From a bacterium (GTDB taxonomy: Bacteria; Patescibacteriota; Minisyncoccia; UBA6257; GWB1-50-10), in assembly GCA_021815205.1 (NCBI GenBank), contig JAKAHD010000004.1, positions 4,990 through 68,989 on the forward strand: a stretch of DNA of 64,000 nt, in the 5' to 3' direction. The notes beneath the pieces were generated by a model, which saw only the letters and a list, made by a program, of their open reading frames with translations, had not been told where the DNA came from and ran no database searches. Made by a program: the position numbers and the translations under genes. This document shows, in pieces, positions 27,630 through 36,896 of the stretch. Within the stretch, counting starts at the first letter, position 1. Each line of letters starts with the position of its first letter.

Positions 27630-29243
27630 ATGCCAAACGAAGAACGTGAAAACTTATACTGGATTCCCATCCTCGACGATTCCGTCTGGGAGCCGCTTCA
27701 GAAAAAAAACTATGCCGACGCCGAGCTTGCACTCGGAAGCATACTTGAATCCCTTTCCCCCCACGAATGGAATGTGGTGTTTTGGGCGGCGCTTATAGAA
27801 GGGTTCCCGATTGTGCGCGGAGAGCTCACCGAAAAAGAGTGGCGGGAGAACGTGCAGCCGATGCTCGCAAGATTGGTGCTTCAAATCGCCTCCGGAGAAG
27901 CTACCGCCAATATATTCAGCGAGCTGGTCTCATATCCCGACACCGCACAAAAATTCGAAACGCTTCTCATTTACACCTCAACAACCGCGGATGTCGAGAG
28001 TGAAATAAAAATCAAAAAAATAAATCGTCCGCTCTATACCTTCCTTATTGCAAGTCCTGCTCAAGAACTCTTTTCTCCTTTATCGCCATACCGTATCGCA
28101 AGGATTTCTTCGGTGGTGGTGAGCCAGCGCTACACCACAATCCCAGAAAAACTCAAAGATGAACTCTTCTCCTACGCAACCGCCGAAGATATTGCGAGGA
28201 TCGCGGGGGAACAACATCTTTCTCCTGAAAAGACGAATGTGATCGCGACACTTACCGGAAGGGTGCTCCTTGGATTTCTCCACCTTGAGGATATGAAAAA
28301 AGAAATTCAAAAAACACTTGATTTGGATCCGCGGCTTACGGACGCGGTCTATCAGGCGCTCGACAAAAAAATATTTTCTGAATTCAAGGACGAAATCCAC
28401 GAGGTGTATGATCCCGTAATTATCCAAACAAAACCGTCGGAAACCGGGTCCTCGCCGGAACCCGAAGAAAAAACAATCACCTTCGCGGGACTCGAGAAAG
28501 ACGCCCTAGGACCGGAAGAAAACGTGCCGGTGCGTATCTCGAGCGCTCCAATAGAAGAAAAGAAGGAAGACAACCCGTTCGTGCTTCAAGAAGAGAAGCC
28601 GCTTGAGACGGCGGGGGGCACGATGACGGGGAAAAAGTTTTCATTTTCGCTCGGCGGATTCTTCAAACCAAAGAAGAAGGACGAATCCGTCTCCCGGGAA
28701 CCCGTAAAGGCAAAGATAGAGCTTTTTGGCGGAGACAAAGACGAGAAAAGAGTAATTCATTATAGTGAGCTCCGCACGCCGCTCGAGGCGAGAGAAGAGG
28801 ACATCTTCAAGCTAAAAGAAGAACAGCCGATTAGTCCGATAGGACAGATTGGTCCTATCGGTCCAATTGGTCAAATTGGTCCAATTGGTTCTGTTGGTAG
28901 TCCTACCAGTCCTATTAGTCCAATTGATTCCAATTCCGCTTCCGCCCCTTCTCCGCTCACGCCTCCATCTACGAAGAAATCCCCCTGGGCGTTCAAGTGG
29001 TTCGGCTCCCAGGCGCCCGCCCGCGATGAGCAGAAAGCGGTTCCTGAAAATAAGACCGTGGGTGAAACATCGTTCGAGGAAAAACCGGAAGAGAAAAAAG
29101 AAAAAGAACCAGTTAGTCCTATCAGTCAAATTGGTCCAATCAATCCTATAAGTCCAATAGGTTCAATCAGTCCTATCACAGACGAACCCAAGAACCCCAC
29201 CATTGAGGGGAATATTGTGGACTTACGCACGCTCAAAAAATAA
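27630..29243 (+). CDS. Hypothetical soluble protein with Gly-X-Y / PIS tandem repeats near the C-terminus
   Basis: No TM helix. Contains GQIGPIGPIGQIGPIGSVGSP, encoded by 9-bp tandem repeats. Confidence 0.45.
   Translation: MPNEERENLYWIPILDDSVWEPLQKKNYADAELALGSILESLSPHEWNVVFWAALIEGFPIVRGELTEKEWRENVQPMLARLVLQIASGEATANIFSELVSYPDTAQKFETLLIYTSTTADVESEIKIKKINRPLYTFLIASPAQELFSPLSPYRIARISSVVVSQRYTTIPEKLKDELFSYATAEDIARIAGEQHLSPEKTNVIATLTGRVLLGFLHLEDMKKEIQKTLDLDPRLTDAVYQALDKKIFSEFKDEIHEVYDPVIIQTKPSETGSSPEPEEKTITFAGLEKDALGPEENVPVRISSAPIEEKKEDNPFVLQEEKPLETAGGTMTGKKFSFSLGGFFKPKKKDESVSREPVKAKIELFGGDKDEKRVIHYSELRTPLEAREEDIFKLKEEQPISPIGQIGPIGPIGQIGPIGSVGSPTSPISPIDSNSASAPSPLTPPSTKKSPWAFKWFGSQAPARDEQKAVPENKTVGETSFEEKPEEKKEKEPVSPISQIGPINPISPIGSISPITDEPKNPTIEGNIVDLRTLKK
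28829..28935. repeat. 9-bp tandem repeat tract (ATYGGTCMA)n inside the CDS
   Basis: agtccgataggacagattggtcctatcggtccaattggtcaaattggtccaattggttctgttggtagtcct. A second tract lies at 29110-29180. Confidence 0.7.
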
Positions 29244-29734
29244 TGGAATTCCAAGTACCCCAGTTTATAGAACAGAAGCCGAAAATTGTGGGGCCCCTCA
29301 CACTCTCGCAATTTTTTTACCTCGCGGGCGCCGCGATTGTGAGCTTCGTCTCCTTCAGGATATTCACTTTTTTCCTGTGGCTTCTCATCACGCTCATCTT
29401 CGGCGCCGTAGGCGTTACGCTTGCATTCGTGAAGATAAACGGACAGCCATTCCCGAAACTCATCGGCTCCGCGTTCAATTACTTCTGGGGGCCGCGCGTC
29501 TATACCTGGCAGAGAAAAGCGCCCCAAACCACCATCGATCTCCAGAAGATCGAGGAGATTGAGAACCTGCGGGAGCATATGCGCGTACAAGAGCGGCTTA
29601 AAAACATGGCGCTCTCCGTGATGACGGGGAAGTTCTTCCTTAAAAAACCGGAAACGGAAGACCAAAACCGGTATGAGACGGTGGTGTATCTTACGGGAGA
29701 GCGGAAGCAGGCGAAGAGAGTGGATTACTCATAA
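29243..29734 (+). CDS. VirB3/PrgI-like small membrane protein (2 TM)
   Basis: IEQKPKIVGPLTLSQFFYLAGAAIVSF followed by a second TM helix. Lies immediately upstream of VirB4. Its start overlaps the previous stop (TAATG). Confidence 0.45.
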   Translation: MEFQVPQFIEQKPKIVGPLTLSQFFYLAGAAIVSFVSFRIFTFFLWLLITLIFGAVGVTLAFVKINGQPFPKLIGSAFNYFWGPRVYTWQRKAPQTTIDLQKIEEIENLREHMRVQERLKNMALSVMTGKFFLKKPETEDQNRYETVVYLTGERKQAKRVDYS

Positions 29735-29973
29735 TGAGAATGGAAAGAACTCGGAACTTTACACGACTAAAAAGTGTGCGCTCCGGGGCAACAAGCCCCA
29801 AGTCTTATTCCGACGAGCGGGGAGTGAAATAGGGGCATGCTCACATATTTCAGCCGAACGATGTCGGAAGAAGGACGCAGTCTTTCACCCACTTTTTAGT
29901 CGTTAAAGTTCCTCGACGTTATTTTTGAGATTATTCATAATTCGTATAAAATAGAGGTAGAGGTACTACATAC

Positions 29974-30615
29974 ATGGCGGAACCGACGCAAGCATCGCAA
30001 CAATTTGTAAAGATAAAAGAGATTCGAGACGGCATTCTCTATATGAAGGGTGGCGGCCTGAGGCAGGTGCTTATGGTGAGCGGCATCAACTTTGAGCTGA
30101 AATCTGAGGGCGAGCAGGCGACGATCTTGGGCACGTTCCAGAAGTTCTTGAACTCGCTCGATTTCGGCGTCCAGTTCTTCATCCATTCGCGGAAGACGAA
30201 TATTGAAAAATATCTCGCAAACATGGAGGAGTGTAAGAAGGGGGAGACGAATGAGCTTCTGCGCGTTCAGATCGAGGAGTACATCAACTTCATTCGCACG
30301 TTCGTCGAGGAGAACGCCATCATCAACAAAAGTTTCTTTATCGTAGTGCCCTACGATCCCGTCTCGCTTACCGCGGGGAAGGGCGGCTTTTTGGACGGGC
30401 TGTTCGGCAAGAAATCAAGCATATCGAAAGAACAGCAGAAGCAGGCAACGGACGCGGAGAACGTCGCCCAACTCAAGGAGCGCGCGACCCAGGTCATCGA
30501 GGGGCTCGCGGTTATGGATCTCCGCACGGTGCCTTTGGAGGACGAGGATCTCGTCGAGTTGTTCTACAACCTCTACAACCCGAAGCTTGTCGATAAAAAA
30601 GGAGTTACCGCATGA
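29974..30615 (+). CDS. virB4: VirB4/TrbE-family ATPase, N-terminal domain, encoded as a separate 213-aa gene
   Basis: Directly precedes the Walker-A-containing VirB4 part and overlaps it by ATGA. The combined length of 796 aa equals a typical VirB4. Confidence 0.55.
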   Translation: MAEPTQASQQFVKIKEIRDGILYMKGGGLRQVLMVSGINFELKSEGEQATILGTFQKFLNSLDFGVQFFIHSRKTNIEKYLANMEECKKGETNELLRVQIEEYINFIRTFVEENAIINKSFFIVVPYDPVSLTAGKGGFLDGLFGKKSSISKEQQKQATDAENVAQLKERATQVIEGLAVMDLRTVPLEDEDLVELFYNLYNPKLVDKKGVTA

Positions 30616-32363
30616 AAATAAATATTCCCAAAGCATACAAACCCGGAAGCGAAGACCTCCCGAACATCATCGCGCCCGCGGGGCTCGAAGTGAACGCGAA
30701 CTACCTGAAGCTCGGCGATTATTACGCGAAGACCTTTTTCGTATTCACGTATCCGCGTTATCTTTCCGCGGGGTGGTTCTCGGATATTATCAACTTACCC
30801 GCCATGATGGATATCTCGATTGTGATGTACCCGATGGATACCGCGCTCGCGCTCCGAAATCTCCGGAAGAAGGTGGCACAGATCGAGGCGGAGATCGGCG
30901 AGAAACAAGAGAAGGGGCTCGTGCGCGACCCCATGCTCGAGACCGCCTATGAGGATGTGGAAACGCTCCGCGATGCGCTCCAGCAGGCGCGTGAGCGTCT
31001 CTTCGAGGTAGGGGCGTATATCACGATCTATGCCGCAACCCTGAACGACCTCTCAGACCTCGAAAATAAGATTACGAACGCCTTGGAGAGCAAGCTGGTA
31101 TACATAAAACCCTCACTCTTTCGGCAAAGCGAGGGGTTGAACTCCGTTTTCCCGATTGCCTCGGATGAGCTTGCGGTCCGCACGCCCTTGAATACCGGCC
31201 CCGCCTCATCACTCTTCCCTTTTATCTCGCCCGACCTCACCTCCGAGAAAGGCATTCTCTATGGGGTGAATATGCACAATAACAGCTTGATTATCTTCGA
31301 CCGTTACTCGCTCGAAAACGCGAATATGACGATTTTTGCGAAGTCGGGTTCCGGGAAATCATACGCGGCAAAGCTCCAGATCCTCCGCTCGATGATGCTT
31401 GGCACGAACGTGATTGTGATTGACCCCGAGAACGAGTACGAGAACCTCGCAAATGCGATCGGCGGGAGTTACTTCAAAATTTCGCTTACTTCGCCGAGCC
31501 ACATCAACCCGTTCGATATTCCGATTATTCCCGAGGGAGACGAGCCGGCGGATGTATTTAAGTCGCACGTCCTCAATCTCACGGGGCTCATAAAACTCAT
31601 GCTCGGCGAGATTACTCCGGAAGAGGAATCGCTCCTTGACCGGGCAATCACCGAGACCTACGCCTCGCGCGATATCAACGCGGAGAACTTCGGCACCATG
31701 AAGGAGTTCAACCCGCCGCTCCTCGAGGACTTCCAGACGATTCTTATGAACACCGAAGGGGGGCGCGGGATCGGCCAGCGTCTTGATAAGTTCACCCACG
31801 GATCGTATTCCGGCTTCACAAACGCCCCGACGAATGTTGATATCAAGAACCGCCTCATCGTTTTCTCGATCCGCGACCTTGAGGAAGAGCTTCGCCCGAT
31901 CGCGATGTATATCATTCTGAATTTTGTGTGGAACATCATCCGCTCGGAACTGCGGCAACGAATGCTTGTGATCGATGAGGCGTGGCTTATGATGAAACAT
32001 AAGGACAGTGCCTCGTTCCTCTTCGGCCTCGTGAAGCGCGCGCGGAAATATTATCTCGGCGTCGTCACGATCACGCAGGATGTGGACGACTTCCTGAAAT
32101 CGGAGTATGGGAAGCCGATTATTACAAACTCCTCCCTCCAGTTGCTTCTGAAACAATCGCCAAGCTCGATTGATATTCTTACCAAAGCGTTCAGCCTCAC
32201 GGAGGGTGAAGCGGCGTTTCTCTTGCAGGCGGGGATAGGAGAAGGACTCTTCTTCGCGGGGCTGAAGCATGTTGCAATCAAGATCATTCCTTCGTACACG
32301 GAAGATCAGATTATTACCACAAACCCAGAACAAATCATGGAGATTAAGGGGCTCCAGCGATAA
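30612..32363 (+). CDS. virB4: VirB4/TrbE-family conjugal-transfer ATPase, C-terminal ATPase domain
   Basis: Walker A FAKSGSGKSYAAK, Walker B MLVIDEAWLMM and C-terminal VirB4 motifs (GVVTITQDVDD). 583 aa. Confidence 0.75.
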   Translation: MKINIPKAYKPGSEDLPNIIAPAGLEVNANYLKLGDYYAKTFFVFTYPRYLSAGWFSDIINLPAMMDISIVMYPMDTALALRNLRKKVAQIEAEIGEKQEKGLVRDPMLETAYEDVETLRDALQQARERLFEVGAYITIYAATLNDLSDLENKITNALESKLVYIKPSLFRQSEGLNSVFPIASDELAVRTPLNTGPASSLFPFISPDLTSEKGILYGVNMHNNSLIIFDRYSLENANMTIFAKSGSGKSYAAKLQILRSMMLGTNVIVIDPENEYENLANAIGGSYFKISLTSPSHINPFDIPIIPEGDEPADVFKSHVLNLTGLIKLMLGEITPEEESLLDRAITETYASRDINAENFGTMKEFNPPLLEDFQTILMNTEGGRGIGQRLDKFTHGSYSGFTNAPTNVDIKNRLIVFSIRDLEEELRPIAMYIILNFVWNIIRSELRQRMLVIDEAWLMMKHKDSASFLFGLVKRARKYYLGVVTITQDVDDFLKSEYGKPIITNSSLQLLLKQSPSSIDILTKAFSLTEGEAAFLLQAGIGEGLFFAGLKHVAIKIIPSYTEDQIITTNPEQIMEIKGLQR

Positions 32364-32366
32364 ACT

Positions 32367-32807
32367 ATGGCGGAACTCTCAAGGGCCGCCTCGGGGGCGG
32401 CATCAAAAACAAAAGGAAGCACGGGAAAGAGCGCCCCTGCACGTTCCGACGAGCCCATATCCGAAGTTACAAACAAGTTCGAGCTCTCCGAGATCGTGGT
32501 GGGAACAATCTACACTTTTACAACCGACGGTCTCTGCGCACTGCTTGATATCTTCACATTAGAATCATTTGCGGTAGCGAGTTGGGTGATACGAAACGGC
32601 GTCGCGGGCACCATCTGGATGTGGTTTTACGCGAAAAAAGATCCTCATGTAAAAAAAGCAGGACGACTCATTTTCAAAGGATTTGCGAACGCCACGCCGC
32701 TCTTTATTAACACGATTATGTTTCTCATTGAGGTATATATTCACAACCACCCCGAGAAGTTCGCGGCACTCGAGAAGGTCGCGGGAGCTACGGGCGGTAA
32801 GGCATAA
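32367..32807 (+). CDS. Hypothetical small membrane protein
   Basis: Two hydrophobic segments. Operon-internal position. Confidence 0.4.
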   Translation: MAELSRAASGAASKTKGSTGKSAPARSDEPISEVTNKFELSEIVVGTIYTFTTDGLCALLDIFTLESFAVASWVIRNGVAGTIWMWFYAKKDPHVKKAGRLIFKGFANATPLFINTIMFLIEVYIHNHPEKFAALEKVAGATGGKA

Positions 32808-32823
32808 GGTATAATATAAGAAA

Positions 32824-33522
32824 ATGGATTTTAGAAAATCAATCGGACTTATTGGATTAATGGGACTTATTGGTCTTATTGGCGTGTCTCACTCTTTTGC
32901 GCAAACCGCGCCTTCCGCCGCATCAAACGTCCAAGTTGTCATCACCTGGCAGGCGAATAATTACTTTCCGGCGGGATTCGAGGGAAAGTCGCTTCCCGCG
33001 CCTTATGCGCAGGTGGTCGCCTCCGTCGAACTTCTCGAAGACAATAAACTTGCCGATCTTTCTCAAGCCACAGTGAACTGGTTTGTGGACGACAAGTTCC
33101 AAAAATCGGGGGTGGGACTTAAAACATTTTCCTTCTATACCCAGCAGGAGGATTCCGGCTACGTGTCCGTGCGCGCGGTAATTGAGCTCCAGGGCGGGGG
33201 GGGCGCACGCGGCTCGCTTCAGATTCCCATAGTGGCGCCTACTTTGGTACTCTCCTACGCCGCTCCTTCAAACTCCGTAGCCGCAAACTCAAGCGTAACG
33301 CTCGCCGCAATCCCGTTCTCTTTTAACGTCTCATCCCCAAGCGATCTCACGTTCTTCTGGACCATCAATGGGGCTCAATCGAATGTTTCAGGAAACACCG
33401 TGAAGCTCCAACTCGGCGCCCCGACGCCCCTTGACCGGCTGCTCCAGATTTCGGTGAGCGCGCAGAATAACAAGAACCCGCTCGAGATCGGAAAAACAGC
33501 CGCAGCATTTCCCATACAATAA
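32824..33522 (+). CDS. Hypothetical secreted protein
   Basis: Signal peptide IGLIGLMGLIGLIGVSHSFAQ, encoded by the same 9-bp repeat in inverse orientation. Confidence 0.45.
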   Translation: MDFRKSIGLIGLMGLIGLIGVSHSFAQTAPSAASNVQVVITWQANNYFPAGFEGKSLPAPYAQVVASVELLEDNKLADLSQATVNWFVDDKFQKSGVGLKTFSFYTQQEDSGYVSVRAVIELQGGGGARGSLQIPIVAPTLVLSYAAPSNSVAANSSVTLAAIPFSFNVSSPSDLTFFWTINGAQSNVSGNTVKLQLGAPTPLDRLLQISVSAQNNKNPLEIGKTAAAFPIQ

Positions 33523-33544
33523 CAGAACATTAAAGAAAGATGTT

Positions 33545-35113
33545 ATGTTAAAAACAAAACTGAAAAATCTCACGCTAATCGTTTTCGTGTTCCTCGCGTT
33601 TTTTGCGGTTACCGCGATCAATACCGCCTACGCACAAAAGACCTTAAACCCGCCGCAACCGATCGTGAATGTGAATTTTCCGTGCCCGAGCCCCGGTTGC
33701 CAACCAATAACTTCCGACACCCAAGTTACCACCTATATTCAAACTTTCTACCAGTTCAGTTTATGGATCGGTGGCGCTTTGGCGCTTGGGATGATCGTCG
33801 CGGGAGGTATCGTGCGGATCCTATCCGCGGGAAGCCCTGACAAGATTCGCGAGGCGAACGATATGATCACCTCGGCGATCTTCGGTCTCCTCCTCCTTTT
33901 CGGCGCCTATCTTGTCCTCAACACTATAAATCCCCAGCTCACACTCTTGAAACTCCCTGCCGCGGGAGAAGCATCAACCGAAAAAGCGCAACTCACGGAA
34001 AAACTCTCCGACACAAACTGCGTCGCGCCGGGCGTCGAGGACTTCGCAAACATCCCTGTGTGGAACGGGGTAAAACAAATAAGCGTGTTGCATTGCATTT
34101 ACAGGCAAGAAGTTGGACACAATCCAGTTTCTAATGGTTTTGGGTTTGTGGCCGGCGATTACTATGCCGAAGATTTTGCGATTCCGAATGGTTCAATGGT
34201 GTGGAAATATCCGTATTTTACTGGAACGAGCCCCACCGCTACCGCGAAGTGTTTGGTGTACGCCTACAAGGAACCGGGGGTTGGCAAAACGGTGCAGATG
34301 ACTCCGCTCAATTCGAGTTTGAAGTTATGCACTCCGCTATATCAGAATTTGGGGGGGCCTGTATGTAAGGAGTGGCAGTTCTCCGCGAGAGAATCAAAAA
34401 CAAAGGATTTCAAAAACCCCGATCAGTTTGTTACCCGCACCTTCACCGATAAGACATTTCAAAGGGATCCTTTGAGTCCTCCAACCGTTCCTTCTTTCGC
34501 AAGGGACTACTGGGGAGATAATCCTATTTATTACTGCATAAACCCGGATGGGAGTGAAAATAAGAACACCTACTGCGCAAACGAAAACGCCGCTCCTTTC
34601 TGGACGTGCACGGTAGCGGAAAATCCGCCGTCAATACAGAACAAGGATACACCCATAGTGAGTCCGTGCGCCGACTGCGAAGACCTCCCCCCCAACTTTT
34701 CTGTGAACGGCAATCCGTGCGACAAGACGATTGATAACACCACCCTTAACTCCCACAAAGGGTACTGCAGACTTAATAAAAAGTTTACAGCCGATCTCGA
34801 TAAATTCAATAAGCTGATGCAAGCGGCAAAAAACTCTTCTGGGGGAACGGGAATTTCCTGGCAAATCACCGAGGCGTGGCCGAATACGGTGTATCACTCG
34901 TCCCCCTGCCACTACGACGGGCAGTGCGCCGACATCGCGCTCACCGGAAACGTAACGTGTGCGGACGTACAGAAAACAATGGATATTTTGAAATCGAGTG
35001 CGGGGGGCGGATTTTTTAGATCCCTCAACGAGTACGCTCGGCCGCCGCTTGTGTGTAATGCAGAGGGAAACTATAAAACCACCACAGGCAACAACATCCA
35101 TGTGGAGTGGTGA
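33545..35113 (+). CDS. Pilin-like (TrbC/VirB2-type) N-terminal module fused to a ~390-aa Cys-rich extracellular domain. Putative tip or adhesin pilin.
   Basis: Signal peptide ...NTAYAQ, a Cys/Pro-rich stretch, and two TM helices flanking AGSPDKIREAND (same layout as pilins 1-4). The large domain that follows has more than 20 Cys. Confidence 0.5.
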   Translation: MLKTKLKNLTLIVFVFLAFFAVTAINTAYAQKTLNPPQPIVNVNFPCPSPGCQPITSDTQVTTYIQTFYQFSLWIGGALALGMIVAGGIVRILSAGSPDKIREANDMITSAIFGLLLLFGAYLVLNTINPQLTLLKLPAAGEASTEKAQLTEKLSDTNCVAPGVEDFANIPVWNGVKQISVLHCIYRQEVGHNPVSNGFGFVAGDYYAEDFAIPNGSMVWKYPYFTGTSPTATAKCLVYAYKEPGVGKTVQMTPLNSSLKLCTPLYQNLGGPVCKEWQFSARESKTKDFKNPDQFVTRTFTDKTFQRDPLSPPTVPSFARDYWGDNPIYYCINPDGSENKNTYCANENAAPFWTCTVAENPPSIQNKDTPIVSPCADCEDLPPNFSVNGNPCDKTIDNTTLNSHKGYCRLNKKFTADLDKFNKLMQAAKNSSGGTGISWQITEAWPNTVYHSSPCHYDGQCADIALTGNVTCADVQKTMDILKSSAGGGFFRSLNEYARPPLVCNAEGNYKTTTGNNIHVEW

Positions 35114-36348
35114 GAACACCAATGAAACTCGACTATAAAAAAATAATTATCACGCTGGTGCTCGTCGCGGTCTTCGGGCTCGTCGTGTACTTTGTTTGGC
35201 AGGGGATTGCGGGCCCCGCTTCGCCGGGGGTCCCCGCGGTTTCTTCTTCAACTCCTTCCGCGCCAAACCTTCCCGGAGGATCGCTTCCTGCCTCGTCGAC
35301 TTCTTCTCCCCAAACCTTGGGAGGCGGCACCATCACGTTCGGCACAAGCTCGCCCGCGATTATAAGGGTTTCCAATAATCCCGCTGAAGCATACTGGATC
35401 GACGGACAAACGCAAGGAATTTTTTATCTTAACCAAGACGGCCAGGTGTTTCTTGTAAATAAAAACAAGGATGGAAAGGACACCCAGATTACCCAGCAAA
35501 AAATGGGCGCCTTGAATACGATAGCAATCGGCCCCGGCTCACAGCGCGTACTCGCTTCCTTTGGGGATCCGCGCGCGCCGCAGTGGGGCGTGTTCGATGA
35601 TGTGGATCAGGTCTGGCGCCCGCTCCCCTCGACGGTCTTAAGCGCTGCATGGGGAGGGGATAACAACACCTTCTATGGCGTCGTGCAGAACGGTTCCGTG
35701 CCCGCGCTCGCCTCAATTGACATGAGCCGCGGGAACGCCGTTACCAAGATCCTTATTAAAGATTTCCGGTTCCAGGATGTGCAACTCTCTTTTTTGCCCC
35801 CCTCAACACTTTTGCTCACCGAACGAGCGTCCGCACACTATCCCTCGCGGGTGTGGAAAATAGACACTGCAAGTTTGGCGGTGCATCTTCTTATGGGCGG
35901 GCAAAATGGTCTGGTGCTTACGCTAAGCGACGATAAGCGAATTATGTTTTCCTTTATAGGAAATGCATTCCAAATTCTTGACCCCTACACCTTAAGTTCT
36001 GTGGCGCCCGTGCCGTTCCTCACGCTTCCCCCCAAATGTACCTTTTCTGGCGTGATTGCGTACTGCTTCGTGCCGGATTCACAGAATTTTAAGAACGCAA
36101 CACTCCCCGATGATTATCTCACCTTAAAACTATTTACCTCGGACACACTCTATGAGGTAAACGCCGCGAATGGGGGAATGGCTTTTTCAAATATTCCTAA
36201 GTTGCTTAATAATGGCGTGTTTGATGCGATAAATCCAATATTCAGCAATGGATTCCTCTACTTCAGAAACCGTCTCGATAATTATGTGTATGCCTTGAAC
36301 CTTACCTCGGATCAGTTTTCGCAAAACGGACAGCGTGTGGGGGACTAG
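35107..36348 (+). CDS. Hypothetical membrane-anchored extracytoplasmic protein (413 aa), last gene of the operon
   Basis: N-terminal TM helix and a Ser/Pro-rich linker. Overlaps the previous gene by 7 nt. Confidence 0.45.
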   Translation: MVRTPMKLDYKKIIITLVLVAVFGLVVYFVWQGIAGPASPGVPAVSSSTPSAPNLPGGSLPASSTSSPQTLGGGTITFGTSSPAIIRVSNNPAEAYWIDGQTQGIFYLNQDGQVFLVNKNKDGKDTQITQQKMGALNTIAIGPGSQRVLASFGDPRAPQWGVFDDVDQVWRPLPSTVLSAAWGGDNNTFYGVVQNGSVPALASIDMSRGNAVTKILIKDFRFQDVQLSFLPPSTLLLTERASAHYPSRVWKIDTASLAVHLLMGGQNGLVLTLSDDKRIMFSFIGNAFQILDPYTLSSVAPVPFLTLPPKCTFSGVIAYCFVPDSQNFKNATLPDDYLTLKLFTSDTLYEVNAANGGMAFSNIPKLLNNGVFDAINPIFSNGFLYFRNRLDNYVYALNLTSDQFSQNGQRVGD

Positions 36349-36381
36349 GGTTTTTGCCCTGCGCCGCTATTTTCTCATTCG

Positions 36382-36414
36382 GGCGCTCCGGGGCGCTAGC
36401 CCAAGTCTTACCCT
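36382..36414. repeat. Family B repeat (inverted orientation)
   Basis: GCGCTCCGGGGCGCTAGCCCAAGTCTTACCCTC. Confidence 0.65.
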
Positions 36415-36467
36415 CACTCGAAAAAGCGGTGCAGGGCCTTGTAGTGGGGAATGCGACGCGAGGATGA

Positions 36468-36896
36468 TTAAATGTTGATGTGTTTAATAATGATGTGGCG
36501 GTCCTTGCCTTCACCGTCGCTTTCCGTCTTAAGATCGGGGTTGGTTGCTATTTCCACATGCACCAAACGGCGTTCGTAGGCATTCATTGGGGGAAGCGCC
36601 ACATCCGTTTTTGTGAGAATCGCCTTCTTCGCGCCCGCCTTTGCGAGCTCAATAATCAGTCGTTCACGTTCTCTGCGATAATAATTTACGTCCACCACAA
36701 ACGAGGGGAGGTTCTCTCTGCGAAGCATGAGGTTTATGAGGTGCTCGAACGCGGGGAGTGCGGTAGGGAGTTGGGAGCGAAAGAGCTCGTCGTCCACCAC
36801 CACAAGCACCTTCCGGTGCTCCTCGTCAACCGAGACCTGATGCTCTGGAAATCCCATAAGCTCCAGAAGTTTTTGTATGTGTGCGGTTATGTTCAT
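36468..36896 (-). CDS. jag: Jag/KhpB-like RNA-binding protein (R3H domain)
   Basis: Position downstream of yidC and a C-terminal R3H-like sequence. Confidence 0.6.
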   Translation of the reverse strand: MNITAHIQKLLELMGFPEHQVSVDEEHRKVLVVVDDELFRSQLPTALPAFEHLINLMLRRENLPSFVVDVNYYRRERERLIIELAKAGAKKAILTKTDVALPPMNAYERRLVHVEIATNPDLKTESDGEGKDRHIIIKHINI

